Source: Octopus sinensis (taxonomy: Eukaryota). Taken from it: a stretch of DNA of 64,000 nt. Shown one piece after another: positions 11,044 through 24,869 of the stretch (positions are counted from its first letter, which is position 1; each line of letters starts with the position of its first letter). The notes under the pieces are model-generated. The model worked only from the letters and a program-made list of their open reading frames with translations. It made no database searches and had not been told where the DNA came from. Made by a program: the position numbers and the translations under genes. The DNA is taken from positions 24,874,464-24,938,463 of the forward strand of contig NC_043011.1 in assembly GCF_006345805.1 (NCBI RefSeq), written 5' to 3'.

Positions 11044-14000
11044 TAATCCTATGTAAAGAGGAGTTCTTTACATGTATATCTAGCCCAGAAATATATCCCA
11101 CTGTAGGATATCATGTGGTAGCCAAATAACGACCAACAGAAGAGCTCATATATGCATGTTATGAAGTTTTCACCTAATTATACTATATGTGTGTGTGTGT
11201 GCGTATATAAAAAGAAAAATCACCCTAGATGTAAAATTTGACCAGAAACTGTATAGTACAATAATTAATACTTGGTGGTAATATATAAAGGAACAATGCA
11301 ATTAAGTCTAAACAAGATGGCAATCAAATTATTTGTTAATTACTGGACCATGAAAGAACATATCTGAATAATATCTAGAAAAATATTTTAGCCAAATATG
11401 AATATTTTTTTCTTATTGTCTTGCAGTTTAGGTGTTAACTACATAACTACAATGATTAACCAAAATGAATTTGCTGTAGTTTTTAAAACAAAGCCTATAT
11501 TTTTTTTCATTTTGTAAATATATAAAGTGATTTCTATCATAAATCATATTTTATACAAGTATTTGAAATGAAACTTTACAGAAGAAAAATTTGAAGTTTT
11601 GGTTTCAAATTTTGGCACAAGGCCAGCAAATTCTGGTGAGAGGGAAAGTCAACCATGGTGGAAGCTGAACCCAGAACTTAAAGACACATGAAATCCTGTT
11701 AAGTGTTTTGTCTGGTATGCTAAAGATTCTGCCCACTCACTACCTTTAAAGTGTATATGCTATTGAAACTGATTTTGAAATTAAATATTTATTTTTAAAA
11801 ATGTAGGTCTTAGTCGAAAATAATTAAGAAATGCCAGATATTTAATTGGGAAAGTTTATTCTAGTTACCTCTTTATTGGTTTAAATTTTAGAAAGGAAAC
11901 AAAATATGAGATATTAAAAAAACAAATTGACATAAAATTCATATATGAAAACCAATAATTTGAAAAGAAATGCATTAACTTCTGTAGTCACAATATATTT
12001 CTTAAAGGAGAGAAACCATAAAGATATTTCGAAAGTAGATATTAAGAACAAAACAAACACAACAGAACCATTTCTTAGCAGTTTCGTTGTTTGTCAAATT
12101 TGTGTGAAACTATGATGAGAACAACACTTTTGAACCCCTGAAACAACTGGAATATAACAATTTAAGACAGCAACACTGTACAAAGTTACTTCCATTTTTA
12201 ACAAATGATAAAATTCAAGACATAAAGCTATATGCAATTCCATGTTTCAACAAGTGACCGACTGAAGACAGGTATTTGTTACGGGAAAGTAGGAGGTGGG
12301 TACTTCTTGCCCACAAGCAAAATTCCACTTCTATTCAAATTTGAAATTGCCTCCTGAAACAGTCTTTCTAAAACCTCATAACAGAAAAAGGTTTACACCT
12401 TAAAATCAATGCAGTATTTTTATCTAAGTTGCATGCCTATGAATTTACAAAATAAAAGATCTATTATTTGACTCAGCAGAGATGTGTGCCTACAAGTCCT
12501 TATACCATCAAAAATTTGCCCCTAGTACTTAAAAAATTCTTTATCCCTGTTCTGGAGAAAGGTTTAAATAAAAGTAATTTTTAAAATAATAAGACTTTAG
12601 CAAACTTCAAGTAATGCATTAGAATAAACCACTATTCTGGAACTGATAGAGCATGTATCAATAAGGTACATTTGGGGTAGAATCTGCCAGCAGACATCCC
12701 TGGTTATTGAAGTTTTAAATGAATGAATAGTTTGATAAGAGAGGAAGGTTGGTACTGCACAAATCTCTCTCCTTTACTTATTACTCATATAAATTTGATG
12801 TAGTCCTTGTGAAGTTACAGTGAGAATATTGAGATAAGTAGACACAAAACCTTGGAACAAATAGCTGAAGTACAGAATTTGCCCCCCTGTAGTGAGTGAA
12901 ATTGTAGTAGAGTTGGTTATTTGATAAACATTTATACAATGTATTATGAAGAATGCATTAAGCATTGAATTTTTGGTAAGAGAAAGATAATCAAACAACT
13001 CTTTACTAAACATAGAGAAATTTCATAATTAAGAGAAATAAAAGCAGAGTTGATAGAAAGGTAAGGAGTCTTCAGTACTTGACTGACTGAAACCTTTCTT
13101 AAGTGTGGACAGAAGCAAAGCAAGTGTGCGTTTTGATATGCAGTCTTCTCATAAAGCTTAATTGTTCAATGAAAATGTTAAGGATTTTCTAACTAAAAAT
13201 AGAATATTATTAAATTCTTAGACCTCAGACCTGGTACTTTTTGCAATGGTAAACATGAAATAGGGAAGTCTAAAGTCAATATATTCACTATTAAAAAAAA
13301 AGTCAGAGAGCAAAAACTACAAAAATTCCAATCTTTTGAATCTGAATTTATTCCATGACATTCAAGAAATTGATTGTTTATGTTATGCTAAAGGAAGGAG
13401 ATAAAAGATAGGTGATGAAGGCCACATATGGAGTTGATTGTTAAAACAATCATAGATTCATTGTTTCAAAACATCACTTTTTTTTTTCTTACATACTTCC
13501 AAATTAGCATAATGAAGACAGTTTAGGCAAAAGGAACACCAATAAGCTTAGAGACTTAGCAAAGGATTATATAAGAGTTTTGTAGATATATACCTAGGCA
13601 CTGAGTGTTTTGTGTGGGTGGTAAATAAAATCTGAAAATATTTTCACAATATAAGACTTGCTTGAGAAACAGCAGAGATGATTTAAGAGAATAGCGAGGA
13701 AAATCAAGAATCTATTGAATGATAGAAAATATTTTGTCCACTGAGCTTATTGAAACGATATCACTATTTAAAAGGAAGCCTTCATTTCTAGAAGGAAATA
13801 GTGATACTCTAGTTTTAGTTGTAAAGAGGTAAAATAAAGAGCAAATCTGATAAATAAAACAATGAAGGCAGCCAACATCTTTGTCACACTTTCATATGAA
13901 AGTGGATATTTACAATTTGTTAAAGAGATGGGTTTGTTTTTGTTTGTTTTTTTTTTACAGAAAATATTTGCCGACTTGAATTTTTTAAACCATCCTTTAG

Positions 14001-14404
14001 CATTTAATATTAAAACAATTAGTGCATTCTTCATATTGAAATTACTTAGATATTCCATGTAACAGAGGAGGCTAAAGCCAGAATGATAGTCAGCGTATTA
14101 ATCATCTGTTAAGCAAGAGCTTAGATAATGTCATTTCAAAAATAGGAATATAATAGAAGAGGAACTGATCTGATTAGAGTTGGCATTATTAAAAGATTTT
14201 TCCTTGTTTTTGCACCCCCATTATTTTTCTTTCTTTTTGGTTTAACATAAATCTAATTTATATTTTTTTTAAATGCCTTTATTATCCATTACTAATGGTT
14301 ATTTCCATATTTTGTTAGAAAAATAATTGTAACAATCATGCTTAACTGACTTAATTGCCAGAAAATTATTATGATTAGAGAAAAAAACTTGTTCAGGCAT
14401 GGCC

Positions 14405-14625
14405 AATATATTTGTGAATTGTTTGCCCCCCACAACTACTACAAAACATTTACATATTTGGCAAGTTTATTTGTTTTTTGTTTTTCAGTAATACTTCTGA
14501 TGTTATTCTGCTTTTATTCCAGTGGTCTTATCACAAACACCCATCAATTACACAAATTCTCTTTCCAGTGTATCCATTTACAGCTTGGCAATCTACGCAA
14601 ACAGGAGATAAGAATTTATATATTT
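14405..14625 (+). repeat. ~215-bp dispersed duplication, copy 1 (copy 2 at 20009-20224)
   Basis: Near-identical sequence aatatatttgtgaattg...caggagataagaatttatat at both sites. Confidence 0.9.
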
Positions 14626-17616
14626 TTTCCAGATATGCAAAGCAGTACTAATAAGAAGACATTAAGCTATGAACCCCTTTAATCAGTAGCTGTGCAATGT
14701 AATTATTTGATTGGTCAGCAGTTATTCATTTATATCATGCTAGTTCCTGAAGAAATATCAGAATGGATAATGAAATCATCATCTGGAATAAAAGAAAACT
14801 GTTGAAAGATTTTTACTATTTTCTCACAAGTGTCATGTATCAGATTATCATTGAAAAGTTCTCAACATTGATTGCAGGCCAAGATTTTGAAGTCGTCATC
14901 GCCAACATAGAAAAGATAGAAATATTGCTCCAACTTGTACCAATGGAAACAGTAAGAAACACCATTATAATGAAGAAAATAAGTATTTGATACAGCTGAC
15001 TGTCTTAGAACTATCACTTCCAAGGTTAATTCTATTGATCAAAGACTGAACCTCCATATTCCTCCCTGAGGATTGCAAGGCGCAGCATTGAAATACACTA
15101 GCTTAAAAAAGAAAATGTTTCATTAAACATTCTAAATAGAAATGTAAATATAAAGAAAACATGCAAAGATGATTGAATAAATGTTAATGATGAGATGACA
15201 GATGTTTGAAAAGGAGACCTTAATATAAGAAATGTTTTCTCTTTCTCACTCTATTTCTAAATAATTTATTAATATTAAAAAAAACTCATTTCTAATAGGT
15301 AATTTAGAATCTATTAGTTTTACTTGTTGATTAATTATATTTTATTATCATACACTGAACCATTATTTGTGAGCTATATATACAGCTCCAAAACTAATTT
15401 AGTGGCATATAACATGAAATCATGAAGCTATAGAAATTTTTTTTACATAATTATGATCATGCAATGATATGTCGAAGGGAAATTAGATAAAAGGAGATAA
15501 TCAAAGGGAGCAATGAAATTTTAGCTTTTTTACTTGAATATTCACAAAAATCATTACACAGAGAAGTAATAAACAAACAAACAAAATTACATTAAATAAT
15601 TAAAATAAATATTTCACTGAGGTATCAAAAATTGAATGCAAAACATTCAGGTATCAAAAATTGCATGAAATGAGAGTGTCCGAGTATCAAAGAGTTGATG
15701 TTTTAGTTATTGAAACAAAAATTATTTGCTTTCAGAAACTTTAGAACATAAAGATTTTGGGACTAAAGAACAAATTATTTTACAATTTCACCAACAGACA
15801 TCATGTTCAAGCCTATAGGTCAAAACGTCTGCAATGAAAAACAATGATCTTTAAATATCATTGAAGCAATCTCTCTGAAACAACAAGAGCTAGTCACCAG
15901 AATTTGATTGGCATTCTGTTCAATCAAACCATGATAAATCTATACATGGCCCAAATTATAGCATATTTGATATTTAAAATAAATATAGTTCTTAAAACCC
16001 ATACATGCAATAAAAATTGATGGACCACATATATCTTAATGTCATGGAAACAAATTTAATGCAATGTTTTTGAATGGAATCAAAAATAAAGCCATCAGTA
16101 TTATCTAGGACATCTTGGGGGTGGGAGGGTCTTTTCTTTTCTTTTTTTTGTTGATAGTTTTTCTATTTCACTTGAAATAAAATTCAGTTTGTGCAATTTA
16201 CATAAAAGATTTTGACAAGAAAAACAATACTGCTATTCACCGTTGAGTATTGTTTATTTTATACAGTGATCAATATTAATTTTTTTAAATGTTACTTGAA
16301 AATAAGCAAAACATAAGGAGAAAGATATCTTGGTACTATTTGCCAGGATTTGGCTTTGACACCAAATACAAAGGTGAAAAGAGATTTAGTTTGGATACAA
16401 AATTCTCTTCAAAGTATTTTCTTCAAAGCTTATGTAAATCGTCTTGTGAAAGCACCTGAGAAAATATTAGAAGAGTATCTAATTAGGATAGAAAATGATG
16501 AGGGAACTAAATATACTTGTTTTGCTACACAGGGTAATTTTTTTACCTATTATTTATCTAGCTTTTGTCTTAAGCAAGTTTTGGATCTTTTAAGCACCAC
16601 ATACAGCTAGTGTGTTTTTTAACATAAAAGCTGATATCAAACTGCCTGTTTTATTTATTGTTCTTTTGTACATGTGCGAAGACATTTGGGATTTACTGAA
16701 AAATATTCTAAGTATATACAAATAGGTTGTTTTGCGGCACCAATAGAATTTCTTTATGTTGTTTATTACAAATATAATTTGGTTGCAATTTTTTTTACCA
16801 AACAAATAACCAAATACTCAGAGTTGTAAATTTGTGACTAATACATTTAAAATTCATGATACCATTCCGTAATCTTACAGTAAGTAACACTGTCACTATG
16901 TCCAGAACATTAGACTAAAAATTAAGAGACATTTAAAAAATAACTTTTTTACATTTTTCTTTTTTTTTTGTTTCTTTTTTAATTAAAGGTAAAGAATTAT
17001 CACAATGTAAAACAAAATAATCTCAAAGATTTCAAGATTTCAGTAAATAAATACTTCAAATAAAAAAAAAAACCAAAAAACAACAAAAAACATTAAATTA
17101 AAGAAAGAAAAAATTTTTTAAATCTAAATATTTGAGGAAAAATAACAAAAGATAAAAAATTAAGATATTTTGCATACAAATTATTTTCAAATAATAATAT
17201 ATACATCCATACATAGATAACAATTCTGTTGTGATTTAAATAAAAAAAAAACATCACTGAGAAATAGAATCACAGACTGCATAGCAAACAGTGTAGTTGC
17301 AGAAAAAGTGTGTAAATAGTGAATTTAGCAAAATGTGAAGGTTAACATTGACATTATTGTTTTAATACTTGATTGAGCTTATGGAAAAAAATTCAGAGAT
17401 TTTTTATGTAAAAAAACATTTTTTTTTTATTGTTTCTCAATAAAAAAAATATTTATTTAACATGAAAATCCATTTGGTTCACATTTGAATCATGGTGCTG
17501 CTGAAACATGAATGTTGGATAAGGACATTTTTGCAGACTAGCACGAAATCCCCGACATTCAGCCAGCCTTGGGCAGGTCATGGTGTTTTGTTTGTGTTTA
17601 CTATAATTTGTTTATT

Positions 17617-18450
17617 GCTCTGATCAACATACCAGTGCATGTCATTCGTCAAATATTGTTCTAGTCAGCTGAACAATGTATATATTTTATAATACTTTTG
17701 ATCTTGGCCAGTACATTTAATTATGGTCACTACATGCTACTCTGATGAATAGACCGGTATATGTTGGTACATACCAGCTATGATCAATATATTAGTGTGC
17801 ATCAGTACATACTGCTCTGATCAATGTATTAGTATATGTTAGTACATATTGCTCTGATGAACCAGACAAGCATATGTCAGTACATACTGTTCTGATCAAT
17901 AGATCAGTGTATGTCAATTTATACACCTGTGATCAATATACACTACCTTATGACCAATTTATCACTGTATGTCAGTACATACTGCTATGACCAATTTATC
18001 ACTGTATGTCAGTACATACTGATGTGATCAATAAATTAGTGGATGTCAGTATATACTGTAGTTGTCAATATATTACTATATGTCAGTACATACTGCTCAG
18101 ATCACTATATTGGTATACATCAATGCATACAGCTGTGATTATATACTAGTGTATGTCAGTAAATACTGCTGTGATCAATATAATAGTGTATATCTGTAAA
18201 TACTGCAGTGATTAATATGTTAACATGTCAGTATATACTGCAGTGGTCAATATATTAGCATATGTGAATACATAATGCTCTGATCAATAAATAAGCATAC
18301 AGCTGTGATCAATAGACTAGTCTATATCAGTACAAACTACTATGATCAATATATTAGTGTATGTCAGTACATACTGCTCTGATCATTTTAGTAGTGTATG
18401 TCAGTACATACTGCTCTGATGAACAGACCATTGCATTTCAGTGCATACTG
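17617..18450. repeat. Minisatellite, 37-38-bp unit, ~22 degenerate copies, immediately 3' of the SZT2 stop codon
   Basis: Approximate consensus atgtcagtacatactgctctgatcaatatattagtgt. Period read from successive cagtacatac words (17803, 17840, 17878). Confidence 0.9.
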
Positions 18451-18495
18451 TTCCTGCCGGAAAAAAATATTGAAAAAAAAATATATTTCTGCATA

Positions 18496-18639
18496 TTACA
18501 GCATACTGCTCCAGAGATGAAAACAGCAAGCACCGATAAAACTTTCAACAAGATTCTGTACAGCTTCTTGATGTTGTTCATCTTCTTGAGATTGTGAAGG
18601 ACCGACTGGTCTTGGTTCTCGATTCAAAAGACTCAAATC
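18496..18639 (-). CDS. SZT2: KICSTOR complex protein SZT2, terminal coding exon
   Basis: tttag|GAT; DLSLLNREPRP...VQNLVESFIGACCFHLWSSML*. Matches the SZT2 C-terminus 'SLTVVFREP...LESVINTACFTLWTRLL'. Confidence 0.92.
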   Translation of the reverse strand, partial: DLSLLNREPRPVGPSQSQEDEQHQEAVQNLVESFIGACCFHLWSSML

Positions 18640-19643
18640 CTAAATAATATAAAAAACAAAAAATAAATATATAAATAAATTAAATAAATAATTTGAACTG
18701 AAAATGAAAGGTAACAGTACACAAAAATATCACCAACAGATTTCTACATGTTTAAGAAAGTGTGAAATTAAAACTTGGACACCAAGCCATTAATTGTTAA
18801 TTAATGAAGTTAACATTTTCGTTAACAATTTAACTTTTAAGTTAACTTTGAAAATCATTATCAGACTAATTAACTTCCGTTAACTTCATTTGACACTTAA
18901 TTGTCAGGAAAAACTACTGGATCATCTGGAAAGATTATCCGAGATAGACCATGATCAAGAAGAGTTGTCTCATCATCTTAACACTGTAAATAAACCAGAG
19001 CAAATCACCAAACCATAGCAACTGGAGGCTAGCAAGTCCAACCCGTGCTTGAATGGAATACAGATGCTAAATTATGTATGTAATTATGCAAAAAACATTT
19101 TGTGTAATCATACCAAAACTAGTAATGTTGATGTGCACTACATCAAACCATAACTTTAGAGTGTAAAAACCTATAAGAATCATTGGGTCAGTCTTGGATG
19201 ATCTTGCTTTGAATCATTATTTGTTACTGCAATTTTTCCACCCAGAGTAATGAAAGGTCTTATAGTTGTAGGCACCAACACTGCAAATACACAGATTGAA
19301 TTGTGGATCCTTACTGTCTTGCTCTATACCAACATTATTATTATATTTTAATATCCCTCTTCCATGCTCACATGGTTTGGATGGTTTGACAAGAATCAAC
19401 CAAGCTGAGGACTGCACTGTGCTCCAATGTTTGCTTTGGCATAGCTTCTATAGCTGAATGCCTTTCTTAATGGCAACCACTTTACAGAGTGTACTGAGTG
19501 CTTTTTTTTTCATGGTACCAACACTTGTGAGGTCTATGTAATAATAAATAAATATAAATAAACCAGCTATAAGAAAATGAAGACAAGAGAGATAGGCATG
19601 AATTTTGAAGGATGTGAAATGAAATAGTTAATGTTGAACTCAC

Positions 19644-19712
19644 AGCTCTCACCACAGCACTGTTTACAGTTAACTGGATACATGTATCTGAGTAGTCTGG
19701 ACTGACAATGAC
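19644..19712 (-). CDS. SZT2: SZT2 exon
   Basis: ttag|VIVSPDYSDTCIQLTVNSAVVRA|gtgagt, phase 0-0. Corresponds to 'VVLNQKFTDCFVLVFLD'. Confidence 0.85.
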
Positions 19713-20008
19713 CTAATAACAAATATAAAAGAATTATATTAGGATACAGTTATAAGACACTTTTCTTTAAAAAATATCCCAACAGATCACCCCAAATCCT
19801 ATACATGAAGTTGTAATATACTGCAAGATCCCAATAAATATTACATGCTTTAATGTGCTAAAAAGTTTGTCTTTTTTTGAGACTAATTATCCACACCTGA
19901 AATTGGGGCTGTCTAATATTCCTGCACTTTTTTATGCCATCAAATACAGTAATGAAGAAAAATATAACAACAAAACATCGCGATCTAACTGGTGGTGGTA
20001 GTGGTGGG

Positions 20009-20224
20009 AATATATTTGTGAATTGTTGTCCCCCACAACTACTACAAAACATTTACATATTTGGCAAGTTTATTTGCTTTGTTTTTCAGTAATACTTCTG
20101 ATGTTATTCTGCTTTTATTCCAGTGGTCTTATCAAACACCCATCAATTACACAAATTCTCTTTCCAGTGTATCCATTTACAGCTTGGAAAACTACGCAAA
20201 CAGGAGATAAGAATTTATATATTT
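20009..20224 (+). repeat. ~215-bp dispersed duplication, copy 2 (intronic in SZT2)
   Basis: Near-identical to 14405-14625. Confidence 0.9.
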
Positions 20225-20429
20225 ATATATTATAGCAGTGTGTAGAAAAAAAAAGAGGATAAAATATACAGGAGACTTTTAGTGGGGTGGTTGCACTGCA
20301 TGCAGTGGGGCCACACTGTGCGTGTGTATTAGTGGGGGGAGGTGGGTGTATTATAATAAAGATCATATTGTACTCAAGAACATATAGTAACCTAGATGCA
20401 TAAATACTGCACACACACAGGCTGATGTG

Positions 20430-20633
20430 TGAAGGGGTGCTAAAAAGTTCCTGGCTTTAGGTAAAAAAATATACAGGAGGATCAGTTAATTATGATTTTA
20501 TTCAACATATTCCTCTCTCAGGTTCAGCAGTCCTTCAGTTTTTCGAAGCCCTGTAAAAGAAACCGGAAGGTTGGGCCTCCAACCAGGCCTTTTGCGATAC
20601 CCTTAAAGCCAGGAACTTTTCAGCACCCCTACG
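20430..20633. mobile_element. Mariner-type MITE
   Basis: TIRs gaaggggtgctaaaaagttcctggcttt / aaagccaggaacttttcagcacccctac, followed by TA. Confidence 0.8.
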
Positions 20634-20760
20634 TATTATTTATGTATTCATCTCCAATTTTTAAGTTGTGACCATCCCAACTTATTTCTAGGTACATAAA
20701 ATACTGAACCATGTGGTTCATGATAATAAAATTTGAGAATATTTCAAAAATCCTACATAC

Positions 20761-20961
20761 TGCACATTGTATTTTGCCATCAGCATTGACGAAATGTCGA
20801 AACTGGTCACCATATCGACTAGGAAGGTAAGTAAGTAATGTATTGAACCAGTTGCGACCCATGTTAGTGAAATGTAAAAGTCGCTCATCCAGTTCACTCA
20901 AAGATGAGGACTCAACCATGCACATCAGTTCTTCAAATTCAGAAAATGTAAGACGAAAGAG
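20761..20961 (-). CDS. SZT2: SZT2 exon
   Basis: tttcag|LFRLTFSEFEELMCMVESSSLSELDERLLHF...RHFVNADGKIQCA|gtatgt. Matches '[23 protein letters not shown]...RHFQSPD'. Confidence 0.92.
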
Positions 20962-21531
20962 CTGAAAGAAACGGTAGAAAATGAAAATTAAAAACGTTTG
21001 AAAGGCAAAAACTTGGTCAAACAGAAAGATGAGTGAAATTACTCTTTGGTCTTATAAAATACAGACACAGAAATTTGGTTATAATTTACACAATCTGATA
21101 AATAGGTGATATAAATATATCTTTAAAATAAATGTTGTCTTCTTTTAAAATTCAATTTTGTTTATTCCTTCCCACATTGTCATCATTTATTTACAGCTAA
21201 ATAGACTAGTATTTACTTCTAAAACTAAAACACTTGTACACATATGTAAATGACATTGCAATAACAGAATTATTATAGAAATTAAAATTTATGCCAGGCT
21301 AAAAAAGGTTTGCCATGACAGTATGAACAATAGCAATAGTGATGATGATGGTTGGTGTTAAATAGTTTTGAATAGTCCAAAATCTATGGAGAAAGAGAGA
21401 GAGGTATTTAAGTAACACAAATGGCAGAGTCCCCCTGTCTCTCTGGGTTTGTCTATCTCTGAAAGAAAGATAGCTGAGCTTACTGGGTTTATCTCCTTTG
21501 GTTACACTATACTAACTGGAGTGTTACTTAA

Positions 21532-22612
21532 CCCTTTCGTTACCAAACCGCCCGAAAAAAATTTTGGTTAATGTGACCAAACCGCCCAAAGCCGCCCGAA
21601 TTTACCTATTCATATTTAAATGAGAATATCAGAGCAAATCTCTTTAGTACATTCGTGAAAATACGTAATATACTTCGTAAAGAGTTCAACTACAGTTTTG
21701 TACAAAAATCGAAGTGTAATTTTAATTCCGTGAATTTTTGGGAGATTTTTTTCCGAAATTTGTTCCTATTGTGTTTTCAAAATTTGTAATTCTGACAAAA
21801 AATGGATACGAATTTCATTATATCAAGCAGTGAGTCAGAATTCGAAGGATTTTCTACTGAAGACCTTCATAAATCTAACTCTATGACTGAAAAAAAAAAA
21901 AGCATGTGGTATTTGATAATGAATCTGATGTTTCATTTTTCCGAAAGTGAAAACAATGAATCCGAGAGCTCCGACAGCGATAAAGAAAATGAATTGGCAC
22001 CTGAATGGAGTGAAAATTAAAAAACTGTTTCTTTCGGTGATTTTTCTGAAGAAACTGGACCAAGCCACAGACTTTCCCAGAAGAGTAAAGCCTTAGACTA
22101 TTTCTTTTTACTTTTTCGAATGAGCCTATTTGAAATCATTACGGCAGAAACAAACCGTTACGCTAAATGCAAACAAAACGAAAGAAAGGATTAGTTAGTG
22201 GTTTCCCATAACCTTAAATGAAATTAAGACTATTTTGCCATAAATATTATTATGGGTATCAGAAAGTTACCCAGAATAACAAATTCTATCGTAAAATTTT
22301 GTTGTATACCCAATTGAATATTAGCTAATAACCCATTTTCTATAGCGATGTTTGAACAAAATTTTAATAATTTTATATTTTGTTGAATTTACCTGTATCT
22401 ACCTGCAATTAGAGTCACTTTGTGAAAAAACTTATAGTATAGAATTGGTTGAGAACATTTCATTAAATTATCTTCCAAAATTCACGTTAATATATTGATA
22501 AATAAAAAAGTTATAGTTGTTTAATGAAACCAGGCTAAATTTATGATTATGTTAGAAATTAATTGAAACACATAAGGGATGTATTTTGGTCAGAAATATA
22601 GTAACGAAAGGG
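21532..22612 (+). mobile_element. Internally deleted piggyBac transposon
   Basis: TTAA TSDs and TIRs CCCTTTCGTTAC / GTAACGAAAGGG. Acidic N-terminal remnant 'SSESEFEGFSTEDL' and 'DYFFLLF..LFEIITAETNRYA'. Confidence 0.9.
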
Positions 22613-23603
22613 TTAAGTAATGCTGGGTACATACTTTTGTCATTGTTAATTAGGATAATGTGACATATATAATTAATGGATAGTGCAACAGTATTACTAT
22701 TATTGATAACATATATTTACTAAATATACAAACAAGAAACTTGTTTCCAGTTTCGGCTTAATAAATATTTTTATTTTAGGGCCCATATTCTCTCTTTTTG
22801 CTTGAGGGTTTGCTCTGGCACCCCACTACTACTATCATATCTCCTTCCTAGTTATTCCCATCCACCCTTATATAATGCAGAGTAGTTATGTATCTTTACT
22901 ATAGCAAAGACACCTGTACTTATCCCTCTATCATACTTTAACACCCTAATACTTGGCATAAAACCATTTCTCATCTTCTCAAAAACGACAACAACCGCTG
23001 CCGCCACCTAGCTGAGGAGGCTTTTTCCTTTTTCTTCTTTGTTTTTTTTTTCCACTCTTGCAAGCTACTTGGCAAGAGTGGCACAAAAAGGACCCCTAGT
23101 GCACACTGTAGTGTAGTTGACATCAGGAGCACAATGCAGCCCTGTTACTCTGTCAAATCATTTCAACTCATGCTAGCAAGGAAAATGGACATTAATTAGT
23201 GATGATGATGATGATGATGTTCATTAGTATCTATTTACCTTGAGATATGCAAAAAAGAGTTAATATAATTATTGTGCCTATGTAACATTGCTTAAGATTA
23301 TCTAATATTAACCTAATATAGACGGCAAGGTGGTAGAATTGTTAGCACACCAGACAAAATGCTTAACTACATTTTGTCTGTCTTTATGCTCCGTGTTCAA
23401 ATTCTGCCAGTCTTTTTGGGGTCTTTTTGGGGTCAATAAAATAATTACCTCATGATCACTGGAGTTGAGGTAATCAACTTATCGCCTTCTGTGAACCACT
23501 ACTGTAACTCTCTGCTTCCCGTATTATGATGACCAAGAAATGGCAGCTGTTGCAGATATCTCAAAATAAATGAATAAGAAAAATGAAAAAAATGTCCACA
23601 TAC

Positions 23604-23733
23604 TCCTTCGTCTCCTTCAGATTTCTTCTTCTTCTTCCCATCTTCTTCTTGTCCTCCCTTTAATAGACGTTCCCATAATATGTCTCGGCGGCATTTGGCC
23701 ATGCATGACATAACTGTCCTTTCTATTTTTCTC
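23604..23733 (-). CDS. SZT2: SZT2 exon
   Basis: cacag|G RKIERTVMSCMAKCRRDILWERLLKGG...DEG|gtatgt. Matches 'HCRRDTLWKRL'. Confidence 0.92.
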
Positions 23734-23789
23734 CTGTGAAATAAACAAAAAAAGTAAATAAAATCTCTTCTGGAATTACTTTAATCTTT

Positions 23790-24430
23790 TGTCATTCACT
23801 TGTTTCAGTCATTAGGCTGTAACTATGCTAGGGGTACCACCTTGAAGAATTTTTAGCTGAATGAGTCAACCCCACTACTTTTTTTTCTTTTTTAAGTCTA
23901 GTACTTATTCTATTGGTCTCTTGCACTGAACTGCTAAGTTACAGGGATGTAAACACACCAACACTGGTTATCAAGTGTTGGTGGAGTACAAACACAGGCA
24001 GAAAGACACACACACACACACACGACAGGCTTGTTTCAGTTTCTTATTTCTTTATTGCCCACAAGGGGCTAAACATAGAGGGGACAAACAAGGACAGACA
24101 AAGGGATTAAGTCAATTACATCAACCCCAGTGCGTAACTGGTACTTAATTTATCAACTCCCGAAAAGATGAAAGGCAAAGTTGACCTCGGTGGAATTTGA
24201 ACACAGAACGTAACGGCAATCGAAATACCGCTAAGCATTTCGCCCAGCATGCTAACGTTTCTGCCAGCTCACCACCTTTGTTTCAGTTTCTGTCAGTCAA
24301 ATCCACTCACAAAGCACTGGTTATCCTGAGGCCATAACAGAAGACGCTTAGCCAAAGTGCCATGTAGTGGGACTGAGCCAAAACCATGTGGTTGGGAAGC
24401 AAGCTTCTTACCACAAGATCACACCAGCAC
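23790..24430 (-). mobile_element. Nested SINE cluster; a younger SINE (~24045-24277) inserted into an older SINE
   Basis: ttgtttcagtttct is duplicated either side of the inner element (TSD). The same SINE bodies recur throughout the window. Confidence 0.75.
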
Positions 24431-24869
24431 CTACTTCAGGAAATTTAATAAATCATTGTGTTTACAATGTTTCTGGCACATGATATATAGATATAGATAA
24501 GATACTTACATCTGTCAAAACATACAGTGTTGGTTAGAAATCTATAGACATACTCTTGTAGTACAGTAAAGCATTGAAAACCTAACATGTAAATCTTAAT
24601 GGTTACAAATCTGAAAATAAACTTGCAAATATACTTCATTCATTACTATGCTCTCTTTCAGCTTTTACTTGTTTCAGCTATTGAACTGTGGCCATGCTGG
24701 GGCACTGCTATGAAAGGTTTGAATCAAGAGATCAACCCCAGTACTTTAACAGTGGTACTTATTCTGTTAGTCCCTTTGGCTGAACTGCTAAGCTATGGGG
24801 ATGTCATAAAAAAGACAATAAAGATTATGAAGACCATGAAGTTGATAACAAAAGAGACAATACCAGGTT

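Noticed and set aside
17617-18450. Possible CRISPR-like array
   Set aside because: Eukaryotic context, whole units are homologous, and there are no unique spacers or cas genes.
19858-20052. Minus-strand ORF within an SZT2 intron
   Set aside because: Not needed for the exon chain (20761 joins 19712 in phase 0) and overlaps the duplicated repeat.
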